A DNA stretch of 52,207 nt, filler included, from Sphacelaria rigidula (lineage: Eukaryota), in assembly GCA_964200075.2 (NCBI GenBank). It is 4 parts of 4 records of this genome, joined end to end, with 100 filler letters (N's around TTAATTAATTAA, not from the genome) between each part and the next. Parts side by side here need not be neighbours in the genome. Positions count along the whole stretch, not along the records: positions 1 to 12,979 come from CAXNAA020003252.1; 3 more parts are not named here. One strand, given 5' to 3'. Positions 1 through 10,480 of the stretch are shown one piece after another (position 1 is the stretch's first letter; every line of letters starts with the position of its first letter). A program made the translations under genes and the position numbers. Below the pieces are notes generated by a model that worked only from the letters and a program-made list of their open reading frames with translations, made no database searches and was not told the origin of the DNA.

Positions 1-332
1 GGCAGAATGTGAACTATACAAGGAGAAACGGGACGTGCTAGACGGGGAAATGCGGGACGTGAACGAAGGTGGCATGATATCGTTTGATGCATTAAACAGG
101 GAGAAAATGATGGCTATACTAGGAGATAGATGGTGGCCAGAGACGGCGAAACAGGACGGGGACAATACATGTAAAAGGTTTCGTGTAATGTATGGAAGAA
201 ACGTAATGAGCTGCGGAAGAAACGTCATGAGCGCCAGAATGTCGGAGGTGTCTCTATTAGAAGAAGGAACGGTGCTCCGTCTCGNNNNNNNNNNAATGGT
301 CAAACGACTAAGGCAAGCAACAAATGAGTACG
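1..332 (+). mobile_element. 3' part of LINE family A (non-LTR retrotransposon), intronic, 5' side outside window
   Basis: Aligns by eye with 14538-14858 (GAACTATACAAGGAG..GGGACGTGCTAGA..GACTAAGGCAAGCAACAAATG). Ends ...GAGTACG and is followed by a C-rich tract. Confidence 0.85.
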
Positions 333-378
333 CCCCTCCTTTCTCCCCCCCCCCGATGTCCGCGCGCAATGATTGTAC

Positions 379-515
379 CTGGCCTTTTCCACTTCTCTGA
401 GAGAGCTCATCACTTCTGCCTCCTGAGCTTCGTTTGCCCTCGTTTGCTGCTCCTTCCAGCGCTCGTTGGCCTTACCCATGGCGTCCTTTTCTCGCTGCAG
501 AGCATCCTCCCTCTC
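379..515 (-). CDS. Coiled-coil protein gene, last exon visible (gene continues off left edge)
   Basis: Acceptor GAACAG|GAG, donor AG|GTACAA. Encodes EREDALQREKDAMGKANERWKEQQTRANEAQEAEVMSSLREVEKA. Phase-0 start matches the upstream exon. Confidence 0.75.
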
Positions 516-937
516 CTGTTCGACCAAAGCACAGGGAACACCAATGACAGGAACGCAGCGCAACAATATGTGTGGGTCAGGTTCGGGGTTTCAGAAGAGC
601 CCGCTCGATGCGAGTGTTACGCTGACGAAGTAAAGAAGGGCCACGATCCGTTTCTTCCTCACGCCCAGGAGCCAGCCCAAAATATATTTGTTAATATTTC
701 CGTCACACTTCTAAACCCCTCCACCTCTCCCCCTCCTCGGAAAGAGTCCCATGTTTTCGAGGAATCTACCTGTGATCTCGCTTCCCCGGTACACGCTTGA
801 CACTTTGTAATCGATCGTGGATTGGACCATGACTATCGGCACTCCCGCATGGCGTCGACTCTCGTCAAACACACTCAGTCGAGCCACCTTTCTACGCTAC
901 TCGCATGCTCACGCTGTCAACGACAAAAGTCACATAC

Positions 938-1194
938 GACACTTTCTACGATAGCACCCCCCCCCCCCCGAAACCAGCCGAAAACTGTCACCAAGAACAT
1001 GGTCATACAGCGCCTGATGTTGGGTTCCAGGTTGCTATGAAGCGCCTCAAGTGGGCAACATCGGTGAAAACGAACCCAAGCGTGGGAATTCCTAGCTGCT
1101 CGTTGTGCTCGGCTCCTTTCATCTCGATTTACGTGTAGATTTCGCCTCCCCAAACCAGCCACTTTTTTGGGGTGGGGCTATCGTAGAAAGTGCC
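938..1194. mobile_element. MITE family M1, copy 1 (4-bp TSD ATAC)
   Basis: TIRs GACACTTTCTACGATAGC / GCTATCGTAGAAAGTGCC. ATAC at 934-937 and 1195-1198. Internal homology to 7244-7496 and 18237-18574. Confidence 0.9.
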
Positions 1195-1667
1195 ATACCA
1201 CATACTAGAGGTGTTAATCTAAACTCAACGCACGTGACCCGAATCAACGCAACGCCTTCTCCCGACCCTATATTCATCACTTACCTGTCACCTGTACCAT
1301 TACAACGCCGGGCGCGGGGGCTATATGAAAAACGCGTACTTGCTCACAAGTAGGCAGCTACACTCACCGACCGACTTCAACTCACAAACCTTCAATACTT
1401 GACAGACATTACATCACATCCATCGCCGAAAATAAAATACTTGACACAGTAAACTTTCCATACACCAGAGCAATGGAGGAAACTTGCGATGGATTGTTGT
1501 TGTTGTTGTTGTTGATGTTGATGTTGTCTTCACATCAAAAACCGTTCCAATATCTGCGGAGTACTCTGTACTGGGCATCTGATTCGGACGCCTTGATGGG
1601 CGCCGAAAAACATTATACACGTAGCCAAACACTAGGAAATCCGGATTGGAAAACGTGAACGACTCAT

Positions 1668-1847
1668 TGCGATGAAAAACAAAGGCAACCACCGCAGAAG
1701 GAAAGGTGGGGTACTAAAAACAAACAAAAAATAAAAAACTTCTGTGTTGTTGACCTCCCTCCTGTGTGACCCCGGCTGGTGCGCCCACACATACCGGAAG
1801 AATGTAGACCGGCGTCCAGAATACATAGGACGACAACACACACACAC
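1668..1847 (+). mobile_element. 3' fragment of tRNA-derived SINE with (CA)n tail
   Basis: Shares GTGTGACCCCGGCTGGTGCGCCCACA..TACCG..TGTAGACCGGC.TCCAGAA and the ACACAC tail with 9885-10235 and 15031-15434. Confidence 0.8.
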
Positions 1848-1888
1848 TTATGTCACTCCAGCTCTCGAACGTGTATCGCAAAACTCGC

Positions 1889-2140
1889 CTCCAAGACCAT
1901 CCGCACGTCTTGAAACCCTCGCAGCATCTCGCTGCGCTCACGCTCCAACGCCTCCCGGCCCTCTCTTGCCGCACCCAACGACTCCTCCAGTTCGCGCTTG
2001 AGCTTCTCGAGCCCCCTTTCCTGCTCTTTACACGCCTCCTGCTGTCGACCAAGATCCCTGAAAGCCTTCTCTAAGTCTAGTCGATTTTGCCGTTCTGATC
2101 GAGATAGGCGCTTTGCCTCGCGTGTCAGATCTTCCTTCAA
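1889..2140 (-). CDS. Coiled-coil protein gene exon (probable GC donor)
   Basis: Acceptor AAGTAG|TTG. 252 nt, phase 0-0. Encodes LKEDLTREAKRLSRSERQNRLDLEKAFRDL...DVRMVLE. Best donor is GAG|GCGAGT. Confidence 0.75.
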
Positions 2141-2297
2141 CTACTTATTTGGGTCAAGGGAGTGCGGTATGTATTGTTGGGAGATACACAGGAGGGGGGG
2201 GGGGGGGGGGGGTTTTGTTTGAATTGCTACTCATTATTTTTTGTGGGGATTTTTTTTTACTTTGCCCACAGGTGTTTGGAAAGGGTGNNNNNNNNNG

Positions 2298-2304
2298 GGG
2301 GGGT

Positions 2305-2352
<48 letters not shown>
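2298..2352. repeat. Poly-G tract next to a 10-N gap
   Basis: Almost pure G run. Length is unreliable because it abuts Ns. Confidence 0.9.
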
Positions 2353-2353
<1 letters not shown>

Positions 2354-2711
2354 GATTTCATTGGATGTGCTACTACATATTTTGTGTGGGCATTTATTTC
2401 CATTATGCCCACGGCTGTTGCGATCGGGTGATGTCCGAGGACGTTCGTGAGACTAATCAAATCGTGCTGTTGGTCTCTGGTAGCGTGCTTCTACGTATCA
2501 TCTGGCAGCGGGCGTACTGGGGATTTGATGCACGTGCCATACGCGTATCTAGTTCCCCACACGAACATGTGGCATCTTGAACCAGTGAGCTCTTCCTTGA
2601 AAATCACTCTGAATGTTGACTGAGACATTCAGAGTGCGGAATTACTTGGAGAGAAATGGAGGTTGGGAGTGTATCACTCAAACGAAGCACACTCCGTTGC
2701 TTGCGGCACTG

Positions 2712-2712
2712 C

Positions 2713-2786
<74 letters not shown>
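2712..2786. repeat. (CAA)25 microsatellite, intronic
   Basis: Perfect trinucleotide run about 25 nt inside the intron that follows the donor at 2811. Confidence 0.95.
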
Positions 2787-2787
<1 letters not shown>

Positions 2788-2811
2788 TAAGCATCCGTCG
2801 ACTATCCTAAC

Positions 2812-3006
2812 CTGAGTACTCTTCCGGTGAATCTCGCGATTGGTAGCCTCCAGCTTAGCTCTTTCCTCCTTGAGAACAGCCACGTCGGCTTCCAGCGCCT
2901 CTTTCTCCGAGTTGGTCCTATCTCGCGCTTCCCTGTGCGCATCGGCGACGAGCGTCTTCCTGTCCCTCTGAAGGGCCTTCTCGCGCTCGTCCACCTCCCG
3001 CCGCGC
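2812..3006 (-). CDS. Coiled-coil protein gene exon
   Basis: Acceptor CCCATAG|GCG, donor CAG|GTTAGG. 195 nt, phase 0-0. Encodes ARREVDEREKALQRDRKTLVADAHREARDRTNSEKEALEADVAVLKEERAKLEATNREIHRKSTQ. Confidence 0.82.
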
Positions 3007-3225
3007 CTATGGGCAACATGGTATCGACATCAGCGCGACGCCCATACAGTAATCCGCAAAGATTAAACAAGGTTGAAACACCGCTATTATAGCAAAAGTA
3101 TCTGAACGTCAAGGCAACATCAAAACAGCATGACAAAAGTAGGCAGGCAGACTTTGGGAGGTAACTGTTCGGAGCTTTGAATTCAAAGATCTGCGATGGC
3201 AACAACTGGTACACTTACGCTCCAA

Positions 3226-3400
3226 TTTATGTATTTACTTATTTTTATTACTTGTCGCACTTTGAACCCCTCCCCTCCCCTTCCTTGGGATGGGTCCGTG
3301 GTCTCAAGGGATCACCCATCTCTCCCGCATAGCCATATTGAAAATCACCCATGACACGGTGGGTTCATCAGCTCGCCCGTACTAAAACTGAACGCTCGAC
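3226..3400 (-). mobile_element. 3' end of A-tailed retroposon family C
   Basis: T-rich tract then TTGTCGCACTTTGAACCCC..TTCCTTGGGA..GGTCTCAAGGGATC. This is the reverse complement of 19450-19540. Confidence 0.65.
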
Positions 3401-3538
3401 ATCGATGCTCTGTACGGTATACAGGACGGTACACCGCCTTCCATCCTCATGCTGTTATGATCACGGTATACTCATATCTTTCGGGCGCTTTCGGCGATGA
3501 CAAGATAAGAGCTGTAGAACAAGGTTGGCGGTTTGTAC

Positions 3539-3643
3539 CTTTATAAGGTCGGCTTGGAGCAACTTCAGTGCCTCATCTTTGACGGTAAGCTCATCTCTCG
3601 CCGTAGAAAGCCGCTGCTCGCCTGTCTGTTCTCGAGCGACCGC
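3539..3643 (-). CDS. Coiled-coil protein gene exon
   Basis: Acceptor TTTACAG|GCG, donor AAG|GTACAA. 105 nt, phase 0-0. Encodes AVAREQTGEQRLSTARDELTVKDEALKLLQADLIK. Confidence 0.8.
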
Positions 3644-4939
3644 CTGTAAAGCGAGCCTCACACGTGGCAACACATGACATCACATGACATTCAGCATACG
3701 GTTTGCCGGCGCTCAAATTACGTATAACGTTGGATTTATAGGTAAAAGCGACTCAAAATGACACCACGCGTCACAGCATACGTCACAGAATATACCGCTC
3801 AAATGGCGTCAATGCGGGGTGAGTACACCTGCCACATCACTCATCACACGCCCCATGTCGCATCAAAGACCCTGGGCAAAACAGTGCTCAAGGAAAGCAT
3901 GCACTAGCATAGTATGCCCACGGGTACACAAACTTGTCGGTAACTGGCCTTCGGAAAATAACGGCGTGCAGGGGAAAAGCACATCTTGTACAGGTGAGAT
4001 GCCTCACGCTGTGCGGCGTATATATGAGTCCGCCTTTTGTACGTCCATTGAGCACCTCCCAAGTATCGCAACGGAGGTCGCAAGCAACCGTCGATGTCTA
4101 CTGTACACGTGTGTATGTGTCTACTATAATAGGTGGAGTTGCAACCAGTGTTGCTAATAGCCTTCCTGGCAAGCTGACGGGCAAACATATGTGCATGACC
4201 TTTCGTATATCGACGCGTGCGGTTCAAGTTCTTGGGGCCCGTGTCTTGCATATTTCGGATATCGGGCAATATCGAGCACTCGAAAAACAGTACATCAAAT
4301 ATATGTACTGATTATATAGGCACGATAGATTGTACTCGTCATACTCTCACCCCATCCCCTTCCTCAGGACGAGCCCTCGATCTCAAGGCATCAATCGACC
4401 CATTAACCTGATCTCTCCACCGGTGCAAGCCCTGCAATTTGGTCCCGGGGATTGGATCACGACCACCAGCGCTCCAAAATTGCAGCGCGTCCCCTCTCGT
4501 CAAATAAACTTTTGCTACTGACGCTTTCAGCGGCGGGAATCAGATACTTCGCAAAATACAAAAACAAAAAAACATCTGCCGGAAATAAAACCGGCACCCC
4601 TGCGACCCAACTGATGCCAACGTTATCGCATGGGCCATCGTGGTGCGGCGGCGAAATTGTAGTCGACGAGAATTGCAGTAATGTTACGTGGAGCTAGATG
4701 GCTATGATGCACGATACACACGAGACGTGACGCTATCTACAGATGCTAATACTGACTCATGGTGGGGGTACTACCTACTACAATCCAACCTCCAACCACA
4801 GCCCTGGTGGACGCAAAATGTTGCCAATTGTTTGAGCGCAGAATGCGTAGATCAGTTTCCGTTTTCCAAACTACCTGTAAGGAAACAGGAACACTTAAAA
4901 CCAACAGTGCGAACCACCCATGCCGCTCAGAAGACCTAC

Positions 4940-5069
4940 CTGACGCTCGATCTCCTGCAGTTCTCTCGAGCGCTTTTTAAGGTCTTCTGTGACCTGCTCC
5001 CGTTTCTCTAGCCCCGCTTGCCAAGAAGCGAGAGATGCCTGTCGCTCGTTCGCCTCCTCCGCTTTCGAT
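4940..5069 (-). CDS. Coiled-coil protein gene exon
   Basis: Acceptor GAACAG|A, donor CAG|GTAGGT. 130 nt, phase 2-0. Encodes SKAEEANERQASLASWQAGLEKREQVTEDLKKRSRELQEIERQ. Confidence 0.82.
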
Positions 5070-5944
5070 CTGTTCACACAGCATGCGGGCAATCACGGAA
5101 CACAAAAAGCCACACGCCATTGCCGTTAACCATGAAACGCAACTGTGCCAAATCTTCTGGGCGCAATTAAGTGCACCGCTCACTTCCTCTGACTTCGATT
5201 GATTACCACACCCCTACTGTGGGTGATGACAAGTTGTGAACGTCGACTTTATCAAGAACCGACACCCCGCACAGCCGCGTGCGGGGGAAGCAGAGACGGG
5301 CACAGATAAAGAGATAAAAGACAGAGAGGTGATGTATACATACATATATATTTTATACATTGTTCACTCGTCCATTGTACGGTTCAAGACGACACAAGTT
5401 TCGGTGGGAAGGGTGCCCGTAGTTTTCAGACGTTAGTGGTCGTCGAAATTTCAACTGTGAGTTCCACACTGCGCAAGCACCACAGTATGAGTCAAGCGAG
5501 CGCAGGGACAGCCATTCGCAGTGACAGTAAGAGTCATCCATGCCACGGTCGTGTTCCTCGCCTTTCGGCAGTCATCGGAGCAGTCGGAAAAAATAAACTC
5601 CCACGTCTGCTCTCTACATTTTCATCAGACCCGTCAGTGGGCCCGTCCTATCCCGCGTATGCGAACATCGCCACATACCAATTGAGCGAAGGATGGCAGA
5701 CGCAAAAACACACCGTCTTCACGACGGCCAATAGAAATCATCCTTCTTTGGACCTTGATTGCTTTCCCATTGGCAGCATCGACAGAGTTACGGTGTTAAC
5801 ACAATCGCTCAACCCAACTTCCCGCATAGACTATACATATAGAAGCACAACAAAATAAACCCTGAACGCAAGGGGATCATAAACTTGGCCGCCCAGCCAC
5901 CACCGCCTGATTGACACAACAACAAGACGAGACAAATCAATTAC

Positions 5945-6176
5945 CGTAAGGCCTCGGCTTCGGCTGTCAGCGCCACAGCTCCTGCTTTCAGCTGATCGCG
6001 CTCCGTAGAGAGCTTGGCCATCTCTGTCCTCATCCTCAACTCTGATACTTCAACAGCCGATTCTCGCTCCCGGATTCCCGACAAACGTTGCTCACATTCC
6101 GCCTGCAGTCTGGATAGCCTATCTCGCCACTCGCTGGCCTCCGCCTCGCCCAGTGATCGTCCTCTATCATGGCGGC
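5945..6176 (-). CDS. Coiled-coil protein gene exon (not in ORF track)
   Basis: Acceptor GGTCAG|GC, donor CG|GTAATT. 232 nt, phase 1-2. Encodes RHDRGRSLGEAEASEWRDRLSRLQAECEQRLSGIRERESAVEVSELRMRTEMAKLSTERDQLKAGAVALTAEAEAL. Phases fit both neighbours. Confidence 0.82.
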
Positions 6177-7243
6177 CTGACCATCAAAAGGAAGCGAAAA
6201 CCCAAAGATGATATCCTAACCCAACGTGATGAGAATTACGTATCTGGTGTCTCAGTGTCCTTGCTGAACCGACTACTGGTCTGACGAGACCCGTTGGTGT
6301 TTCTCCAACGGAAGTTTGACGGGACTCACAAGAAGGGCAAGCTATTCGCAAGGTGTCGGACATCGTCACGATATTCGCGTAGAAAAGCGGAGACTCGAGC
6401 GCACAAAGTTTGGATCCTTGGCGTGTCCTGCGTCCTGCACTGTGTGAGCTTCACAGAACAATACCACAACAAGCCTGGTCACAAATAGCCACAATCTGGA
6501 CTGTGCAGGATGAACAAGATACCCTCGGAGTGTTGCACAAGGTCGTTATCCAAAGTTTTCACGAATATCGAAGACTGCATATCTGCACCCGTTGATACCC
6601 ACTTTTTCGACATCTTGTAAACGGCTGGTCTCCTTCATTTATCAGGTATACGAAGCCCACGCAAGCCGTACAACGCCAACCCTAACCACAGGCAGGTATG
6701 AACCGCTTGGCGGGCAAAGAGTCAACTTTCAGAACAAACGTCATCCGGTCAATGGATGAAGGCTACTAGACTAGTCACAGAGCGTCAACAGGGGAAAAGG
6801 CGCCGTCTCCTACTGCACGGTGGCTCCACGCATAACCTTGACCAATTCCGTCTTCCCTGCTCTCACCGAACGCCGGATGCACCTTCTCGCTGCAGCACAG
6901 CCATCAACACAGGCCAACACACCAACCTCCACCCCCCCAACCTCGGCATCAAGAGGTTTGGCGGTGGATCGCAAGATATCATCGGCCTGGGGCCTAGGCG
7001 ATACCAACGAGTTTCGGGTCGCAATGACAGTGACGAAGCGACCTGCGCGGAGCACTATAGTACACGTGCTAGTCCAGCTATCACTGATTGGGAGAGGAAA
7101 TCCTCATGCTCAGAGGACGCTGCGAATATATCTCGATCGACACTCCCTTCGTGTTTACCAGCACCATATGGGCAAATACAAGCGCCGCTGAAAAGCGTCT
7201 GTACTCCGTCGAGCGCGTCCTTGATGAAATATTTTGCACTACT

Positions 7244-7496
7244 GACACTTTCTACGATAGCCCCCCCCCCACAAAACGTGGCTGGTTTGGGGGGGGCAAA
7301 ATCTACACGTAAATCAAAATGAAAAAAGCCGGGCACAAGGAGCAGCTGGAAACCCCAACGCTTGGGTTCGTTTTCGCCCATGTCGCCCGTATGAGGTGCT
7401 TCATGCAGCCTGAACCCAAGCATCAAGCGCTGTATGACCATTTCCTTCGTGACAGTTTTGGGCTAGATTTGCGGGGGGGCTATCGTAAAAAGTGTC
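7244..7496. mobile_element. MITE family M1, copy 2 (4-bp TSD TACT), inverted relative to copy 1
   Basis: TIRs GACACTTTCTACGATAGC / GCTATCGTAAAAAGTGTC. TACT at 7240-7243 and 7497-7500. Confidence 0.9.
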
Positions 7497-7758
7497 TACT
7501 CCTGTGGAGGTCCCCACGAATATACATCGTCGCACTTCCAGTCCCTCGGCTCCCTCCTTCCTTGGGACTGGTTCGAGACACGGTCTCAAGGGATCCGACC
7601 CGTATTTATTGGGCCTGCGATGCGACAAAATCAATGCATCTTCGCCCTGTAACTGAAACGGGGTTTTTGGCGCAGGGCCCCGATGTTATGCGGTAGGAAT
7701 ATTCATGGTTGTTCTCGGGGTCGTCACTGCTGTACAAAAGCACTGCAGTAAGACGCAC

Positions 7759-8232
7759 CTATCGCTGCACGTTTGTCGTTGAGTACCGACAACTGCTGCT
7801 CCAGAAGACCAATCCGTTGTTTTCCCTGTCGGAGCTCGGCCTCTTGCGCCTTCACCATCTGAAGCAGACCGGCTTGCTGCTCGGCAAACACGCCACTCCA
7901 CAGCGTGCTCTGCCGAGCCCAAAAGTCTATCCCCCCGTCCGTATGCCTATACCCTGTAGAATCGCCACTCCGTCGCATTTTGTCAGATGAGCTAGAACCT
8001 TGTCTCATCCCACCCGTGTCTGCATGCCGGACGGACGCTGAATCGAGGGCTACGGTAGGCGCGTCCTCTGTTCCAACGTGGCTATTGGCATGATCATCAG
8101 CATCAGCGGGGATCTGTTGGTCATCCTCCATTTCTTCCTGTTCTTGCTGTGCCATTGCCTCCTCCAGTTCTCTTTCATGGGCCTCCGCCAGTGCACGCAC
8201 CTCTTGTGCGAACCCCGTGGGATCATCGCCAC
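7759..8232 (-). CDS. Coiled-coil protein gene exon
   Basis: Acceptor GAGCAG|GT, donor ATAG|GTGCGT. 474 nt, phase 1-1. Encodes GDDPTGFAQEVRALAEAHERELEEAMAQQEQEE...LLEQQLSVLNDKRAAI. Confidence 0.8.
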
Positions 8233-9447
8233 CTGCTCAGTGTTGGTCAGTGTTGAAAATAGTATGTATCGTGTCATGTAATATCGCATGCCGGAAAATT
8301 GTTGGGCTACATGGTGAAAATCATGATATCTTTCTGCTCAATGTTAGCTTTCAATACCGCGTGAGCCAGACGTCAACATTTTGTGGGTTCGTTCATATAT
8401 TCCACTACGTATATTCAACCAAATGTAGACGCGCGACGTGTGACTCGTGTATAATTGCAAGCTACCTTCTCAGCATCGTTATTTTCCGCCAGTCGTTTAC
8501 CTCGAATCTAGCCTGTGGTCTGCTACCTTGGTGTCTACTTTTACCATAATGCGAGTATATACACGGATGCTCATACATCACATGTATACATAAAAGGTGG
8601 CTGAGCTGGAGGGGCACTAGACCCCCCCCCCCCGAGCGTATTTTTTGCGGTAACCATGATGGCGGTCAAGTTACATCTTTTCGTGCGGGAAGAAGAGCCC
8701 AACTCCGCGCAAAGGTTGTGATCATACTACGGTAGGCTTTCGTTTTGTTCCAGTATAATCGCACGAGTATACTCTCATTCTCTCGAAGACAGAACTGGAC
8801 TTTGGCTATCGAGTCTCCATATCATCGTCCGGAATAGTTATGAATTCGGCGTACAGATTCTTCTTACGAAGCTCAAGCAACTCACTTAGGACTGGTTTTC
8901 AAGTCAACATGTCATAATGACAACGTGACAACACGCCGGGTGGTAACGTTTCGAAATATCACATTTTTCGGTGCTGATGCCACGCTCTCAGGACTTTCTA
9001 CAGACACCATATTGTACAGTTTTTGCTCTCTGTTTGCTCGCCATATTTCCAATCCTTCCCTTTTGAGAGACTTCGTAGTCTCAAGGGACCAACCAACCTC
9101 TCGCCCGGTGTCTGCCGGACATTCGGCCATCGGCCATTGCATCAGCACACCCGCGGCTCATCCTGTCACGGAAACCACAGCTACCCCGCGCTGGAGAACC
9201 CACTGTCCCGTTAAAACTGACCAACGACATACCACGTTCACCTCCGGAGCTTGACGGTCATTAATACATCCGAAATATCAAAACATCAACATATTGAGTC
9301 TTGAACACCCGACTCTCACTCTATTTCTTGTATGATAGCGAAACGAAGGCCGATTCAACAGACGGATACACCTGGGCGTTCAAGCAGTTACACACGGACA
9401 TACAACATCAGGTCAAACACTAGTGTGTTTCGTTTCAAAAGGCGTAC

Positions 9448-9604
9448 CTAGTAGCTCCGCAGTAGAGCTGGCCGCGCCCACACAAGCATTTCTCAGTGCG
9501 CCTATTGACCGTGCCAAGGCAGCGCGCAGCTCCTTGGCATAGAGAGCTCTCTCACGTATCGCCTTGGGGTCGACTTGGGGTGTCCGCTGCCGCGGTTGCG
9601 TCAT
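9448..9604 (-). CDS. Coiled-coil protein gene, most 5' exon I can support (start uncertain)
   Basis: MTQPRQRTPQVDPKAIRERALYAKELRAALARSIGALRNACVGAASSTAELL, then phase-1 donor CTAG|GTACGC matching the acceptor at 8232. The 5' boundary is either ATG 9604 or an acceptor near 9640. Confidence 0.6.
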
Positions 9605-9884
9605 GCTTGTGCTGCTGCTGCCGCTGCTGCTGCTGGTCCTGCGCGTCCTCGATCATCTGTATACGAGTTGGCTAGATCGCTGCATTTGTAGTTAAGCGGA
9701 AATGGAAAACAAAAAACGAACTGCTCAGGGATTGGTGTTTCTTTGTCGGTAGGGGTGCGAAACCCACACAGCAGGATATTCGAACACGTTCTTGGCGGCT
9801 GAGTCCCATGCACACTGAGAGGAGCACTTGTACAGTCACCATGTTACATTCTCGACATAAAAAATGAACCCTGTATTGTGAGCC

Positions 9885-10235
9885 GGTCGCCCCGGTGGCT
9901 CAGTCGGTAACCTTGAAACCTTCTGACGGTTGGGGCGTGGGTTCGGATCTCGGAGCGACCTAGGATTTCTCCGCACACAGTGCCCACCAGTGGAGAGCGA
10001 CTATATCGTGGGTACACAAAAATCGTCTTAGAAGTCGACGAGGGAAAGGAGTTGCTGAACCCTTTTCGCGATAAAAAAAAAACAGCAAGCACTGTAAAAG
10101 GAAAATTCAAAGAAGAGAGAAAAAAAACTCCTATGTTGGCCTTTCTTCTGTGTGGCCTCGGCTGGTGCGCCCACATATACCGAAAGGTGTAGACCGACAT
10201 CCAGAATACATGGGACGGCAACACACACACAACAC
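9885..10235 (+). mobile_element. tRNA-derived SINE, full length, (CA)n tail
   Basis: Head GGTCGC...GCGACC stem (9885-9960), box A TGGCTCAGTCGG, box B GGTTCGGATC. Body repeated at 15031-15434, 1668-1847 and about 12826-12865. Confidence 0.82.
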
Positions 10236-10265
10236 GCTGTCGGCAATGCGCCGAGGTTGGACGCC

Positions 10266-10480
10266 GATTGATTGATTTGATTCAATGATTGATTGATTGT
10301 CGCGCTTCAACTGATCCCCAGCAGGAGTCATGATCCAGCCGTGGTCACACGATAGACGTACCCGAGACAAGACAAAATTGAAACACTCGCCGAAGAAACA
10401 AAATGAGAAACAAGAAACGTAGAACGCAACAACAGAGTAGACTACGAGAAAAGGAAACGATTCAAGAAACATGACCGGCC
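10266..10480 (-). mobile_element. 3' UTR fragment of RTE-like LINE family B with (AATC)n tail
   Basis: Reverse complement reads CTCGGGTACGTCTATCGTGTGACCACGGCTGGATC...GGGGATCAGTTGAAGCGCGACAATCAATCAATC, similar to 24008-24082. Confidence 0.65.

Noticed and set aside
2113-2810. Poly-Gly, poly-Pro, poly-Gln and poly-Leu ORFs
   Set aside because: These are translations of intronic poly-G and (CAA)n tracts.
9885-9960. Possible tRNA gene
   Set aside because: It has A/B boxes and an acceptor-like stem but no good anticodon arm, and it continues into a repeated SINE body.
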